A model generated the notes under the pieces. It made no database searches. It saw nothing but the letters and a program-made list of their open reading frames with translations, and was not told the origin of the DNA. From positions 32,001 through 96,000 of the IMG/VR virus record IMGVR_UViG_3300030102_006261: a stretch of DNA of 64,000 nucleotides. The stretch is one strand, 5' to 3'. Within the stretch, counting starts at the first letter, position 1. Every line of letters begins with the position of its first letter. Position numbers and translations under genes: made by a program. This stretch comes from a virus. Positions 48,395 to 57,793 of this stretch are shown here, one piece after another.

Positions 48395-49035
48395 AACTAG
48401 CATTACTTGGCTATAGAAAATGGGCATTAAATGCTTTTAGTCTTATTCAAAAAGAATATCCGATGCATGATTACACCGTGATCACGAATCCAGACGAGGT
48501 TGGAGATTTAGAGGATTGTGTTGTTTTAGGTGCTGGGTGGAGTTGGTTGATCTCTAACGAGTTTTTAGCTAAAAATGAAATAGTTGCATTGGTACATCCA
48601 TCTGATTTACCTGAATATGCAGGGGGCACACCAATACAACATCAAATACTCGATGGACTATTGAATACGAAGGCCACTTTGTTTGAAGTTACTAATAAAC
48701 TTGATGCAGGACCTATAATCTACAAAACAGATTTCAATTTGTCTGGTAGCATGGATGACATATTTGTTTCTCTAACCAAAGCAACCATGAATCTTTTTTC
48801 TAATTTCTTAGATAATTATCCTGACATACCCAGACGATCACAGAAAGTGGGTATGGTTCGAAAAAGGTTAACCCCCGATCAAAGTGAATTATCGGCTGAT
48901 GACTTTAAAACTATGTCTGCACATGACATATATAATCATATTAGATGTAGAGAGTATCCTTATCCAAATGCGTATATTGAGGATCACTCAGGTAGATTAT
49001 ATTTTAGTAATGTTCGTTTTGAGAGAAGTGAGTAA
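48391..49035 (+). CDS. Formyltransferase (second copy)
   Basis: GWSW.I, HPSDLP.Y.GG.PIQ.QI, LDAG, IR....PYPNAY. Confidence 0.8.
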   Translation: MKLALLGYRKWALNAFSLIQKEYPMHDYTVITNPDEVGDLEDCVVLGAGWSWLISNEFLAKNEIVALVHPSDLPEYAGGTPIQHQILDGLLNTKATLFEVTNKLDAGPIIYKTDFNLSGSMDDIFVSLTKATMNLFSNFLDNYPDIPRRSQKVGMVRKRLTPDQSELSADDFKTMSAHDIYNHIRCREYPYPNAYIEDHSGRLYFSNVRFERSE

Positions 49036-49037
49036 AA

Positions 49038-49955
49038 TTGAAAGAAGATATAATTCAAATTGGAATACCTTGTTTTTCCTACGAGGGTGATTGTGAAAAC
49101 TACGTTAGATTTGTCATACAATCCATGGTTTTGACTGCCAATGATTCAACAAAGTTGGAATTTTTAATTGGTCTAAATGGTGATGGTATTGATTTAAAGA
49201 AGATGTCTGGTGTGCATGATAACGTAAAGTTTATAGATGTGATTGGCGAGATTGAACGAAGAGTCGGTGATGCCCCGCATAAAACTAAGTTTACGACTTC
49301 ATCATTAAATCATGGTGAATTATTAGACACTCTGTTTAAACATCTTGATTCTCGTTATGGTATGTGGGTTGATTCAGATATGGCATTTTTATGTCTTGAT
49401 TGGGACATAAAAATGAAAGCTTGCTTAAATGAAAACTGTGCCATAGTTGGATTGACGTACCCAAAAAATAGAAATAGATATGAGGATTTTCCTACTGTGA
49501 TGGCTTGCATGTTTGATGTGGAAGTTATGAAAAAATTAAACATGACGTTCACCACGGAAAATATGGGATCTGTTAGATCAACTCTTGTAGATCAAAATGA
49601 AAGTAAAATTTTTAATCAGCAAGTAGGATCCACAATAAATCTTGATAGCGGAGAAATGTTACCTACTATTCAGCTTCACGGATACAGTGGTAAGCCCATA
49701 CATAGTATTCATCTTTTTCAAGATGACGGTGTTAGAATTTTCTTGGATCGTGACTTAGACGTTGCTAGGAGAAAATCACCAGTCAAAGGTGGGAATGGTA
49801 AAATTTGTGAGGGACATTTAGATGGTGAATTAATTTTAACGCACTTGTCGGAATCGCGGTATAGAAAATACAATGATGATCCTTTGTCGATAATTTGGCT
49901 ACAAAAAGTTCAACTTTGGCTCAAAGAAAAATGTGGTGTTGAGGTAGAGATATGA
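49038..49955 (+). CDS. Glycosyltransferase GT-A-like
   Basis: S..HG..LD, VDSD..FL...WD, D.G motifs. Confidence 0.6.
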   Translation: MKEDIIQIGIPCFSYEGDCENYVRFVIQSMVLTANDSTKLEFLIGLNGDGIDLKKMSGVHDNVKFIDVIGEIERRVGDAPHKTKFTTSSLNHGELLDTLFKHLDSRYGMWVDSDMAFLCLDWDIKMKACLNENCAIVGLTYPKNRNRYEDFPTVMACMFDVEVMKKLNMTFTTENMGSVRSTLVDQNESKIFNQQVGSTINLDSGEMLPTIQLHGYSGKPIHSIHLFQDDGVRIFLDRDLDVARRKSPVKGGNGKICEGHLDGELILTHLSESRYRKYNDDPLSIIWLQKVQLWLKEKCGVEVEI

Positions 49956-50776
49956 AAAAAGTTGTTTCAGTGAAATACAGTGATGGATTTGGTAATCACA
50001 TATTTCAGTACTGTGGATCTAGGGTATTGGCGGAAAAAAATGGATATGAGTTATCACATCATGGCATACCAGAGTTAAATCTTAAAGACAATATTAGAGA
50101 CGGTAGTGTTGGTGATACTAGATTTATTTTCAATGTGACAAATAATTTTGAAGACTACACCTTATATAAGGATAGACTTGACGACATTAGATCATGGTTT
50201 CCAAAAGTAGAAAAAACCAACACTAAGGATCTGATATTACATTTGAGATTGGGTAACAGAATAGCTCAAAATACTCATCATATGAATCATGTTGATTCTA
50301 AAAGATACTGTAGTGTCATTGAAACTTTTGATTTTGATCGACTGCACATCATAACTGATGCAGATAAATGGGATGTTCATGAAACAGAGGATGTTAGAAA
50401 TCTGTACTCAGAATTACAATCATTCAATAGTGTTCGAGGATTCGATCCACGGCACAATTTGGTATCTGAGTCTACTGCGGTTGATTACATAAACGAACTG
50501 GTGAGTGGACTCTCTCATTATGATCCCATAATACACACAGAAAAAGCTGGTGTGATTAAAAATGAATCTGCCCTTAAAGCTAATTTTATAGATCATTTTA
50601 ACTTCATTCGTTCCTTTGATAAAATATTATTTAAGGACAGCACGTTCTCTTGGTGGGCATCAGTTTTGAGTGAGGCCACGGATGTCTGTGTATATGGTCC
50701 ATGGAAACCAAATAAAGGGAAGAAAAATAAAAACTTAGGTAAAACAGATTATGCTGGATGGAGATCATGGTCATGA
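49952..50776 (+). CDS. Alpha-1,2-fucosyltransferase-like (GT11)
   Basis: G.GN.IFQY, HLRLG, STFSWWA. Confidence 0.75.
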   Translation: MKKVVSVKYSDGFGNHIFQYCGSRVLAEKNGYELSHHGIPELNLKDNIRDGSVGDTRFIFNVTNNFEDYTLYKDRLDDIRSWFPKVEKTNTKDLILHLRLGNRIAQNTHHMNHVDSKRYCSVIETFDFDRLHIITDADKWDVHETEDVRNLYSELQSFNSVRGFDPRHNLVSESTAVDYINELVSGLSHYDPIIHTEKAGVIKNESALKANFIDHFNFIRSFDKILFKDSTFSWWASVLSEATDVCVYGPWKPNKGKKNKNLGKTDYAGWRSWS

Positions 50777-51837
50777 ATGAGATAATCGCAGATAGAGTTC
50801 GTAATATAGAAAAGAAAGTCGGTAAGAATCAACTGTATCCGTTAAATATTGTACCACCTAGACGGTTGATTCTTGATCGTATCCCAGAAAAAAGAAAGTT
50901 ACTCGGAACAATAATTCCTGGCGCTCAGGAAACATATGTGTTTACTGAGCAAGAACCATACTATAAAGATTATCAAGAAAGTTATTTCGGATATAATTGG
51001 AAAAAGGGTCAATGGGATACAGGGAGAAATCAGGAAATCATGATGAATGGTTGTGTCCCTTTATTCATGGATATAGATAAATGTCCTGAGTATTGTCTTA
51101 TGCATCACCCCAAAGAAAAATATGAAAGCATTAGAAATCGATACGCTGGAAAATCTCTGGGATATATTAATAATTTTGATGGTGATGAATATGAGCAGGA
51201 CTGTTTATGGTTGATGGATTACTGTAGAGAAAATTTAAACAGTGAGGCAATGGCTAAATTTTCTTTATCAGTAACACAGAATGAGAAAGTTAAAAATGTA
51301 CTATTCATTACACTTGGTGATCGAGCAGATCAATTGAATGATTACATGTTTATCGGATTTAGAAATTTATTGGGGAGTGGTGTGGTTGAAACTAATAAAT
51401 TGTGGTGGGTATATAAAGATGTTAATGAGGGATATACCTATAGAGGAACTAATGATGATCGAGTTCAGATAAATCCAAATGATCCAAATTTGTCAAAAAA
51501 GGACAGAGATGGTTTAGTAAAAAATAAAGTTAAGGTTACCGAGTTGCGTGGTGGTGGCTTTACTTACTCTGGTCATCTAGATGATGTTGATGTTGACCGG
51601 GAGAATATAGAGGATAAAATAAGAGATAAATATTATGATCTAATTGTTTATGGATCTTTTAATAGGTGCAAAGATCACTTAGATTTGGTTTTAGATAATT
51701 ATGAAAAAGATAATATTTTCTTTTTTGATGTTGATGATGATGTAGTAAACAAAAAAATTAGACCTGATACGTATGAAAAATACAAAAGCAAAGGTATTTA
51801 TTTTTGTCCAGATTTAAGGGTTATGCTGAATGATTGA
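50773..51837 (+). CDS. Putative glycosyltransferase
   Basis: YY.DY..S.FG...KKG.WD..R..EI..NGC.P.F motif (GT-B C-terminal-like); island context. Confidence 0.5.
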   Translation: MNEIIADRVRNIEKKVGKNQLYPLNIVPPRRLILDRIPEKRKLLGTIIPGAQETYVFTEQEPYYKDYQESYFGYNWKKGQWDTGRNQEIMMNGCVPLFMDIDKCPEYCLMHHPKEKYESIRNRYAGKSLGYINNFDGDEYEQDCLWLMDYCRENLNSEAMAKFSLSVTQNEKVKNVLFITLGDRADQLNDYMFIGFRNLLGSGVVETNKLWWVYKDVNEGYTYRGTNDDRVQINPNDPNLSKKDRDGLVKNKVKVTELRGGGFTYSGHLDDVDVDRENIEDKIRDKYYDLIVYGSFNRCKDHLDLVLDNYEKDNIFFFDVDDDVVNKKIRPDTYEKYKSKGIYFCPDLRVMLND

Positions 51838-51857
51838 ACAAAAGGATGTGTGTTGAT

Positions 51858-52559
51858 ATGAAAAAACTAACGATTGTAATGACGTATTATAACCAAGATA
51901 AAATGCTCAAGAAGCAAATTGAAAATTGGAATTCATATTCCAAAGATATCAGAGATCAAGTGCATTTTATTTTGGTTGATGATTGTTCAATGGAAAATTC
52001 AACGGAAAGTTTTGATTTTTCTGGGTGTGATTTTGACCTTGATGTTTACAGAGTTCTTGATGACGTTTACTTTAACGTTCCGGGTGCGGTGAATCTCGGT
52101 GCGGATAAAACGGAAACTGAGTGGTTTATCAAGCAAGATATGGATACAATTATTCCAGAATACACCATGGATGAAATTATACAATTAACTGAATCTGCAC
52201 CGGAGAAGTCTATCTACAAGTTTTATAGAATAAACGGCACAGAAATAAGCAACGCAAACAAAATTACCCCAGGTCAGTTTATGATTCGCAAGGATGATTT
52301 TTGGGATATCGGTGCTTGGGATGAGGATTTTTGTGAAGACTATGGTATGAATGATCCTGCGTTTTTCTGGAGAGCGTCCCAAGATAATTACACAGTCTTT
52401 GAAAGACACGATCTTCACGTTACTATTGATGGTGATGGTGAGTCTGACATAGAGAGAGATTGCACGGTAAACTCTACTTTACTGGAGCAAAAGAAGTCTG
52501 GTCAAGTTGAGTGGTCGGATGATTATATCAGATTTAATTGGAAACAAATCGAAATATGA
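51858..52559 (+). CDS. Glycosyltransferase GT2/GT7-like
   Basis: LVDD.S, N.GA, DMD, FW.IG.WDEDF...YG..D. Confidence 0.72.
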   Translation: MKKLTIVMTYYNQDKMLKKQIENWNSYSKDIRDQVHFILVDDCSMENSTESFDFSGCDFDLDVYRVLDDVYFNVPGAVNLGADKTETEWFIKQDMDTIIPEYTMDEIIQLTESAPEKSIYKFYRINGTEISNANKITPGQFMIRKDDFWDIGAWDEDFCEDYGMNDPAFFWRASQDNYTVFERHDLHVTIDGDGESDIERDCTVNSTLLEQKKSGQVEWSDDYIRFNWKQIEI

Positions 52560-53212
52560 AGATAGCTCTATACACGGTGAATATTGGAAACTACGATGAA
52601 AGAATCGTAGCTCCTGAGATACCCGGAGTTGATTTGTACATGATCACCGATGATGAGGAGGAAGTTCAGGTTCCCGGTTGGAGAATGAAATCTCCCATGG
52701 TTCTGTCGGACACGGCTAGAAAAACCTCAAGACATCCGAAAATTAATTCCCACTTATACTTTCCCGACTACGACTACACAATTTATATTGATTCTAATAT
52801 GTTCATCAATAGACATCCAAAGTTTTTTATAGAAGAATTTCTTGGCGAACATGATATCGCTCTACACAAAAATCCATACCGATCATGTGCGTATGATGAA
52901 GCAAAAGAAATACGGGATGTTCTGAAGTATGAAGATCCAGACGTTGTTGATCAGCAAGTAGCACATATGCGGTTTAATGGTTACCCAGAACATAATGGTC
53001 TTGGTGCCTGTCATTTATTAGTGCGACGTAATACACCACAGATATCTAAATTAAACGAGCACTGGTGGTCTATGGTCGCTCAGTTTAGTTACAGAGATCA
53101 GTTGAGTTTTAATTATTCTTGTTATAAAACTAATAATAAATATAAGGTAATAGAACCATATAAAAAATATACGGTACAACAGAATCACAAAAAGAAGAAA
53201 GTGACTTTTTAA
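52556..53212 (+). CDS. DUF616 (TOD1/MUCI70-like) glycosyltransferase
   Basis: YT...G.YD, R..K...H..FP.Y..TIYID, H.....R.C.Y.E, WW......RDQLSFNY. Confidence 0.75.
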   Translation: MKIALYTVNIGNYDERIVAPEIPGVDLYMITDDEEEVQVPGWRMKSPMVLSDTARKTSRHPKINSHLYFPDYDYTIYIDSNMFINRHPKFFIEEFLGEHDIALHKNPYRSCAYDEAKEIRDVLKYEDPDVVDQQVAHMRFNGYPEHNGLGACHLLVRRNTPQISKLNEHWWSMVAQFSYRDQLSFNYSCYKTNNKYKVIEPYKKYTVQQNHKKKKVTF

Positions 53213-53213
53213 A

Positions 53214-54218
53214 ATGAAAGTATTGATTACAGGTGTAGCAGGGCTTTTAGGATCTAGGTTAGCTGATTGGATTATAGAAAATAAACCAGAGTGTGAAGTT
53301 GTCGGTTATGATGATATGTCTGGGGGATATAAAGAAAATGTAAACCCCGAGGTTAAATTTTGGACTAGACACCAAGAAAATTTGTTAAACTCAGAGAATC
53401 TAAACTGGGTGTTCGAGGAAGAGAAACCTGATTATGTTTTTCACTTCGCAGCGTATGCAGCAGAGGGTCTTAGTCCATTTATCAGGAGTTACAATTATCA
53501 AAACAATACTGTATGCACCGCAAATGTTATTAATAATTGTATTAACCATGATGTTAAGCGTCTAGTTTTTACCTCTAGCATGGCTGTTTATGGTGATCAA
53601 CAACCACCCTTTTCAGAGGAGATGGTACGATCACCCATTGATCCGTATGGTATTGCAAAATCTGCGTGTGAGCAGGATATAGAAATAGCGGGTAAGCAGC
53701 ATGACCTTGACTGGTGTGTTATTCGTCCACATAACGTATATGGTATCAAACAAAATATCTGGGACAAATACAGGAATGTTTTAGGTATTTGGATGTATCA
53801 ACATCTCAATGGACAACCAATAACTATTTTTGGGGATGGAGAACAGAAGAGGGCGTTTAGCTACATTGATGATTGTGTCGAGTCATTGTGGAAAGCTGCG
53901 GTGGATTCAAGAGCCTCTAGAGAAATAATTAATCTCGGTGGTACGAAAGAATATTCGATCAATGAAGCCGCTAATATTTTACTTGACGTAATGGGCGGTG
54001 GTGAGGTAAAATACTTAGAGGAAAGACACGAAGCAAAATACGCTTGGTCTACACACCAGAAGTCATTGGATCTTTTGGATTACGAGGACAAGACTTCTCT
54101 TAAAGATGGTCTAACTGAGATGTGGAACTGGGCAAAAAAACAAGAAAATCGCGAACGTCGAGATTTTGATAAATTTGAAATTGACAAGGGAATTTATTCG
54201 TTTTGGAGAAAAAAATGA
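53214..54218 (+). CDS. NAD-dependent sugar epimerase/dehydratase (extended SDR)
   Basis: TGVAG.LG, HFAA, SSMAVYG, YGIAK, NVYG, GDG.Q.R.F.YIDD. Confidence 0.9.
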   Translation: MKVLITGVAGLLGSRLADWIIENKPECEVVGYDDMSGGYKENVNPEVKFWTRHQENLLNSENLNWVFEEEKPDYVFHFAAYAAEGLSPFIRSYNYQNNTVCTANVINNCINHDVKRLVFTSSMAVYGDQQPPFSEEMVRSPIDPYGIAKSACEQDIEIAGKQHDLDWCVIRPHNVYGIKQNIWDKYRNVLGIWMYQHLNGQPITIFGDGEQKRAFSYIDDCVESLWKAAVDSRASREIINLGGTKEYSINEAANILLDVMGGGEVKYLEERHEAKYAWSTHQKSLDLLDYEDKTSLKDGLTEMWNWAKKQENRERRDFDKFEIDKGIYSFWRKK

Positions 54219-55300
54219 AAACAGCATTAGTTTGTGGAGCAGGTGGTTTTATTGGTGGACATTTAGTTCAAAGACTAAAGGACGAGGGCTATTGGGTTCG
54301 TGGGGTTGATATTAAAAACCATGAATACACGGATCTTCCGTGTGACGATTTTCAGATTCTTGATCTAAGAAGCGAAACCAATGTTAGACGAGCAATGAAA
54401 GCTGCTCTAGGCGATCTCAGTATTACATTCGACGAAGTATATCAACTTGCTGCGGACATGGGTGGTGCTGGTTACATTTTCACTGGAGACAATGATGCAA
54501 ACGTTATGCATAACTCAGCGATGATTAATCTTAATGTCGCTAAGGTGGCTAGTGAGTTTAGTAACCCACCCAAGATCTTTTACTCTTCGTCTGCCTGTAT
54601 GTACCCCGAGTATAACCAACTGGATCCAGATAACCCAAAGTGCTCTGAGGATTCCGCATATCCCGCTGCACCCGACAGTGAGTATGGTTGGGAGAAGTTG
54701 TTCAGTGAAAGACTTTACTTCGCGTTCAATAGAAACTACGGGCTTGATATTAGAGTCGCTAGATTCCATAACATCTTTGGACCCCAAGGATCTTGGAACA
54801 ATGGTAAAGAGAAGGCTCCAGCAGCTATGTGTCGTAAGGTAGCAGAAGTTGAGGATGGTGGAGAGATTGAAATGTGGGGAGACGGAGAACAGACTCGTTC
54901 GTTCCTTTACATTGATGAGTGTCTTGATGCGATGCGTAAGATGATGGAAAGTGATTTCATGGGACCAATGAATATTGGATCAGAGGAGATGGTAACAATC
55001 AATCAGCTAGTTGATATTGTCAGTGATGTTTCAGGTAAGACAGTGAATATTAATCATATTGATGGTCCAACTGGTGTCCGGGGTAGAAACTCTGATAACG
55101 ATCTTATGCGAGAAAAGCTAAATTGGAGTCCATCGAAGTCTTTGCGAGAGGGTATTGAGAAGACATACGCATGGATTAGTCGTAATGTCGAAATGGGATT
55201 AGATGATGTTGTTATGACAAACGAAGAAGCGATTGAAACTAATCTAAATACATACACAGAAACCGCAGAGTTAGATACTGCTGACAAGTTTTCATTATAA
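54215..55300 (+). CDS. GDP-D-mannose 3',5'-epimerase-like
   Basis: GAGGFIG, LAADMGG.G, SSAC.YP, AYPA.P...YG.EKL, RFHNI.GP.G.W..G.EKAPAA.CRK and GVRGRNSDN, all GME signatures. Confidence 0.85.
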   Translation: MKTALVCGAGGFIGGHLVQRLKDEGYWVRGVDIKNHEYTDLPCDDFQILDLRSETNVRRAMKAALGDLSITFDEVYQLAADMGGAGYIFTGDNDANVMHNSAMINLNVAKVASEFSNPPKIFYSSSACMYPEYNQLDPDNPKCSEDSAYPAAPDSEYGWEKLFSERLYFAFNRNYGLDIRVARFHNIFGPQGSWNNGKEKAPAAMCRKVAEVEDGGEIEMWGDGEQTRSFLYIDECLDAMRKMMESDFMGPMNIGSEEMVTINQLVDIVSDVSGKTVNINHIDGPTGVRGRNSDNDLMREKLNWSPSKSLREGIEKTYAWISRNVEMGLDDVVMTNEEAIETNLNTYTETAELDTADKFSL

Positions 55301-55309
55301 GGATTCACC

Positions 55310-56608
55310 ATGGACAAACCAACAATTACATTATGCATGATCGTAAAAGACGAAACTCACGTTATCGAAAGGTGTTTGAGATCAATCGCGCCCTTTGTGG
55401 ATCGTTATGATATCACTGATACCGGATCGACTGACGGAACACCAGAAAAAATTGAAGAGATTATGAAGGAGCTAAATGTTCCCGGTAAAGTGCATCTCTC
55501 AGACTGGAAGGGGTTTGGTGATCACGGTGAAAAGAAAGGCTCACGAACTGAGGCATTTGAAAACGCAAAAGAAGGTGGTGCTGATTACGCTTGGGTAATT
55601 GATGCTGATGATGAAATTGTTGGTGATCCTGACATTAGCTCCTTAGAGTTTGACTCTTATGCGTTGTTAATTCATCGTGGTGATTACAGTTGGTGGAGAA
55701 ATCAAATTTTTAAACTCTCTGCTGGGTGGAGATATGTTGGTGTTCTTCATGAGTACGCTGAGTGTATTGGTACACCTGAACCAAAAATTGGTAAATTGGG
55801 TGGTGATTACCATGTTCTAGCCAGAACAGAGGGTGCGAGAAATGTTGGTATTGATCCAAAGGAAAAATACGAACGAGATGCTAAGGAGTTAGAAAAAGCT
55901 CTTGAGGATGATCCAAAGAACGGCCGTTATCAGTTCTATCTTGGACAGAGTTACTTTGACTCTCAGCAATGGGAGAAATCTGCCGAGGCTTATCAGAAAC
56001 GAGCAGAGATGGGTGGATGGCCAGAGGAGTGCTATTTTTCATTACTTAGAGTTGCCATGTGTTACGCTCTACTTGGTAAACCATTTGAAGAGATACAGGA
56101 AAAATTTCTTCTTGCACACGCTGCTCGGCCGACTAGAGCGGAGGCTCTTTATCACTTAGCTAGAATTAATAGGCTGAATGGTAGACCAGCCATCGCATAT
56201 GTATTCGCTAAAAATGCAGTAGAGATACCATATCCACAAGATGATATTCTTTTTGTTCAGGAGGACGTATATAAGTGGGGAGTCTTGGATGAAATTGGTG
56301 CATGTGCTTATTATGCAGGTAAGCCACATGTTGGATATTCTGCTTGCAAGAAACTCTTAGAAGACAACCTAGTTCCAGATGGTGAAGCAAAAGAAAGAGT
56401 TACGAAGAACTTTTCTGAGTATGAGCGTGTCTTAGGTGAAATTCATGCGGATGAATTTAAAAATAACATGGATCACGAGTTAGAGGCAATCAAAAAACAA
56501 AAAGATGAGATGGAAAAGAAGTTAGAGAAGAAAAAGAATCGGGGAGTTAAGAAGTCAACCAAAACTCCCGGAGCAAAGGGAAAAAAGAAAACTGTAAAGA
56601 GTAGGTAA
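55310..56608 (+). CDS. GT2 glycosyltransferase with C-terminal TPR repeats (protein O-glycosyltransferase-like)
   Basis: LCMIVKDE, DTGSTDGT, IDADD, Y.G.LHE, R..FYL.QSY, helical TPR-like repeats. Confidence 0.82.
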   Translation: MDKPTITLCMIVKDETHVIERCLRSIAPFVDRYDITDTGSTDGTPEKIEEIMKELNVPGKVHLSDWKGFGDHGEKKGSRTEAFENAKEGGADYAWVIDADDEIVGDPDISSLEFDSYALLIHRGDYSWWRNQIFKLSAGWRYVGVLHEYAECIGTPEPKIGKLGGDYHVLARTEGARNVGIDPKEKYERDAKELEKALEDDPKNGRYQFYLGQSYFDSQQWEKSAEAYQKRAEMGGWPEECYFSLLRVAMCYALLGKPFEEIQEKFLLAHAARPTRAEALYHLARINRLNGRPAIAYVFAKNAVEIPYPQDDILFVQEDVYKWGVLDEIGACAYYAGKPHVGYSACKKLLEDNLVPDGEAKERVTKNFSEYERVLGEIHADEFKNNMDHELEAIKKQKDEMEKKLEKKKNRGVKKSTKTPGAKGKKKTVKSR

Positions 56609-57793
56609 ATGCAATTCATAGTTGCCAAAAACATACACGAAAACTTACCAGTTGGTTCTGTAGTTGAGCAGGTGAATCCAACTGATCCTGATGTCACTAT
56701 ATCATTGGGATTTGGTTTGGGTGAAGTGCATGTAATAAGTGAAGGTGGTGAAATATTTCTCTTTCAGGGACCTCAAAAAACAATTAAACAGGTTTTAGAG
56801 GTTGTCTATGAAAGTAAACCAACAAAAACTTTACCACCAAAAGTTAAGGAATCTGTCACTAAACCTAAACCAGTTGTGGAGCAAGTTCAAGGTAGACCTG
56901 GTGTACCCGGACCTCCCGGTCAGAAGGGAGATCCGGGTGTCATGGGTCCGGAGGGACCGAGAGGCTTACCCGGTGCTGATGGTGCTGATGGTGCTGATGG
57001 CGTGCCCGGCCCACAGGGTGAACAGGGTGAAGTTGGACCACAAGGAGCACAGGGTGAGCCTGGTGTGCAGGGAGAGCAGGGAATCGCTGGACCTCAAGGT
57101 GAACCAGGCGCGCCCGGATCTCCCGGTTTGGATGGGAAAGATGGTGTTGATGGTAAAGATGGATTAGACGGCAAAGATGGTGTTGATGGTAAAGATGGTG
57201 TTGATGGTAAAGATGGTTTAGACGGCAAAGACGGCACTGATGGTAGAGATGGTATAGACGGAAAAGCTGGTGCAAAGGGTCAGCGTGGTCCAAAAGGTTC
57301 AAAGGGTGATCCGGGTAAGATTGGACCGAAGGGCGATCGAGGTGATGCAGGTGAAAGAGGAGAAAAGGGAGATGCAGGAAAAGATGGTGAAGCTCCTGTA
57401 ATGAGAGCTAAATTCCCTCTTAAACTCGAAGAGGATGGTGTGTTGTCATTCGACAGAGTTTCTTTGGACAACTTACTTCGAGTTAGTTCTGGTACAAACG
57501 GTCCTGACTATGCCGCCGTGAATGACTGGTTGGCAGCAGCGGGTGGTGCGGTTGGTATTAGAAAAGATGGTAATCTTTTAATTAGTTCCGTTAGTGATAT
57601 GAAGTTTCGTGGTATAAATATGAATGTAACACTACAAGGAAAAGATGTGGATCTAACCTCTGGTGTGTATATTTCAGACACTGATCCTACCACAGAGGGT
57701 GTAGAGACTGTGTCAGGCGAACTTTGGTTTGATACAAGCGGCGGGGGCGGAGTTTTAAGAATGAGAAACGTTAACGAATGGTTTGAAATCTAA
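56609..57793 (+). CDS. Collagen-like fibre protein
   Basis: 56 uninterrupted G-X-Y triplets; C-terminal G.LWFD...W.EI module. Confidence 0.85.
   Translation: MQFIVAKNIHENLPVGSVVEQVNPTDPDVTISLGFGLGEVHVISEGGEIFLFQGPQKTIKQVLEVVYESKPTKTLPPKVKESVTKPKPVVEQVQGRPGVPGPPGQKGDPGVMGPEGPRGLPGADGADGADGVPGPQGEQGEVGPQGAQGEPGVQGEQGIAGPQGEPGAPGSPGLDGKDGVDGKDGLDGKDGVDGKDGVDGKDGLDGKDGTDGRDGIDGKAGAKGQRGPKGSKGDPGKIGPKGDRGDAGERGEKGDAGKDGEAPVMRAKFPLKLEEDGVLSFDRVSLDNLLRVSSGTNGPDYAAVNDWLAAAGGAVGIRKDGNLLISSVSDMKFRGINMNVTLQGKDVDLTSGVYISDTDPTTEGVETVSGELWFDTSGGGGVLRMRNVNEWFEI
56891..57394 (+). repeat. Collagen G-X-Y repeat with nested (GAD)3 and six 18-nt G(L/V)D-GKD units (57125-57232)
   Basis: Directly visible tandem repeats, e.g. 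GGTGTTGATGGTAAAGAT. Confidence 0.9.

Noticed and set aside
57125-57268. Tandem repeats as a possible CRISPR array
   Set aside because: In-frame 9/18-nt coding repeats with synonymous variation and no unique spacers.
56940-57302. His-rich repetitive minus-strand ORF
   Set aside because: It is the reverse-complement reading of the collagen GATGGT repeats.
6637-57620. Intragenic TATAAATA matches (6637, 32256, 57613)
   Set aside because: Several chance hits are expected in AT-rich DNA; only intergenic or gene-boundary copies were called.
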